From contig OX638152.1 in the NCBI GenBank assembly GCA_951804945.1, forward strand, positions 42,842,001 to 42,906,000: a stretch of 64,000 nt of DNA. Reading direction: 5' to 3'. This stretch comes from Podarcis cretensis (lineage: Eukaryota). Positions 61,656-64,000 of this stretch are shown one piece after another. The notes under the pieces are model-generated. The model worked only from the letters and a program-made list of their open reading frames with translations. It was not told the DNA's origin and searched no databases. Made by a program: the position numbers and the translations under genes. Numbering within the stretch: the first letter of the stretch is position 1; the number at the start of each line of letters is the position of its first letter.

Positions 61656-64000
61656 CTGGGAAATTTGTAAGTGAAGGAACTATTACAAAGACACCTCAAA
61701 ATTCCATTGTTTCTCATCCATTTCTCAGGTAGCTGGGGAAGATTACATAACAATATAGGCGTCTCCCCACTTACACTTGTGTGACTTGCGCATGTCGCCG
61801 TATACATGTGGCACTTGGAAATAATTAAATAAATCAATTTAAACTGCAAAAAGGTGAGGACTGTGGGGAAATGGCTTGAAAAGAGTGAGAAAACTGAAAA
61901 AATGGCCCGAAAAGAGCGGGAAAACGTCTAGTAATCCAAAACATTTGGGGGTACCAGTCTACTTGTCTAATTCTGAATCACAGCCATGTACTTTGAGGTA
62001 CTGATCTACCCCATTTGTTGTTGCTTACACATTGTCCTTCAGTGATGAGGAAGACTGAGAGCCACCATTCTTGATAGTCTGGTGAATGCTGCTGGTTTTT
62101 TAAAAGGGGGTTTCAAGGTTTTACAGGCTTTTTGTGTGGTGTTCCCCACTATATGCGATTTCACATATATGCCCAGTACCCAAGAATGTAACCCCCATGC
62201 CTGTATGTTCAATCTTAAGCACTTATTTGCTGTCATATGTTTGTTCCAATGTGTAATGGTGTTGAAAAGCCTTCAGTCATTTTAAAGGTTTGAAAGGTAG
62301 TAGACTCCCGCTGCTGCTATACCCAAGAAGCAATTGATGTAAATAAAGTTTGGTACTCCTTTGTGGACCATGTTTCTCATCCCCTTCTGCACTGCTTTCT
62401 GTTTCCATTGCCATCCCACTACTGGACATGAGTGGGGATCCAGCAATGGATAGAGAGGGCTTTAGCCTTGTCTTAGGGATCATGGTATGCACATTCAAGA
62501 CATTGCTGGTCTTCCCAGCTGTTGCATGAGTGTTATTTTCAGAAGCTCAGTAATCCCTGGGGGGGGGGTGTCATGGGTGGAATTGTGTGAATATACCGGG
62601 TAGCTGATGTGCAGAGGCTCTGGGAGTCCCTAAGGCAAGAGCATTTCAAAGAGATGATATCAATTTGCAGCCTGGCAGAATCTTGAAGAAAAGAGCAAAA
62701 GATTGGGTAAGAGTAGGCATGACTTTTTGAAGGCAAGATACTGAAGGAGAAAAAAGAGGTTGCAATCCTATAATACTTGCCTGGGAGAATGTCCCATTCA
62801 ACTCAGTGAGACTTCTGAATATAGACAGTGCAAATCACCACTGGAATGCATAGGTTCCTTCCAAAGGGCTGTAAGAATACACTGGATTTATGAATGGCCA
62901 TGAGAATGCCTTAAATTAAACCAAGGGTGTGACCCATTTCGAGTTTTGTTTCCCAACAGCACCTGTCTCTTAACAATATCTATTTCTCCACTTCTGAACA
63001 TATTTTTAGCAGATATGTCTCAAACTGATCTGAAAGATGCTGCAGATTACAAGGGTGCCTGGCCAAGACAGCCAGAATAGTTATGTTTGTCAAAATTTCC
63101 ATTATAAATCTCCTTTTTTGAAAGGTTTATAACTTCTCATTCTATTTGTAGCTCACAAATACCCTCTTAACTTCTTTCCCTCTCTCTGTCTCTCTTTCTG
63201 CGTTCCTGCCCACTGATGGTTATCAGTTAGGCTTGAAATGGGGCTTTCTGAAGTTATCAGGAATTGTTGAATGTTTGGATGTCATCACCTTTACAATACT
63301 TGATCATCAGACAATGTCAGCTGTGCTTTCCTGCCAAGCAGACTGCGATTGGCAGCAGGTTGGTCTCCCTCCTGACAATGTTCTTGGGCAGGGCCGGCCC
63401 AGCCCTTAGGTGAGGTGAAGCCCATGCCTCAGGCGGCAGAAGTCCCAAGGCACTCCTGCCCTCCATGGGGTGGAGAAGTGGAACTCACAAGATCTTGACA
63501 AGATCTTTGCAAGATCTTACTGGAAATCAGTGATGCAACAGCAGGGCAAGGTGGCACTTCCCATTTTGCCTCAAATGATGAAATGAAATGTGCCGAAATG
63601 ACACTGTTCTTAGGTAACCCTGGAAGCACCCTGGTCAGGAGGGAGGTAAAGGCTTGGTTACGCAACCACCCCAGAACTAGCAGTAGAAGGTATTATGAGC
63701 TTCATTTTCCTGAAGGTGTCTCTTCCTCAGAGAGACAGACGTCTTCCTTCTTCAGGAGGAAGTTGCACAAAGAAGGGGGTGCCCCCAGGCCCCCCCACAC
63801 AGGAAGGAGACTTTTAAATGTCCAGCTTCTGAGTTCCAGAAAGTCCCCTTTCCCCCCCTTTCTCTCCCCAGTCCAACCCACCTTCTTCAGTTCTAATCAA
63901 TTTCTTCTCTCCCCTCTGATCTATTTAGTACTTTCCAGGTACCTATACAAATTTGAACTAAATCACACAGTTGAACTATGGAGCTCATTGCCACAAGAGG

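Noticed and set aside
61700-64000. Possible exon of a neighbouring gene (GJA5 is expected further along by synteny)
   Set aside because: No connexin-like or other recognisable coding sequence found.

Overview
Eukaryotic (vertebrate) genomic DNA, almost certainly a squamate reptile and probably a lacertid lizard, judged from three Sauria SINE copies and CR1/L2/hAT repeats. It holds two complete convergent protein-coding genes, which I rebuilt by hand from splice sites and reading frame. BCL9 (+ strand) has a CpG-island promoter at ~2.3-4.4 kb, candidate non-coding 5' exons, 7 coding exons from 22641 to 37987 (1414 aa) and a polyA signal at 39027. ACP6 (- strand) has 10 coding exons from 54543 down to 40871 (414 aa) and a CpG-island promoter at ~54.2-55.0 kb. 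The rest is intron or intergenic DNA with repeats, and most short ORFs in the track are spurious. Main second-look items: (1) a 60-codon basic uORF in the first coding exon of BCL9, which appears amniote-conserved from my unverified memory of the human 5'UTR, within a uORF-rich leader; (2) a 2.5-kb TSD-flanked ORF1-only (HAL1-like) L1 derivative nested in an LTR-like repeat; (3) a tailless U6 snRNA retrocopy with a 17-bp TSD inside a SINE; (4) a ~160-bp near-perfect intronic inverted duplication; (5) palindromic hAT MITEs carrying the ZNF143/THAP11 motif that is also present in the ACP6 promoter. No database searches were run.
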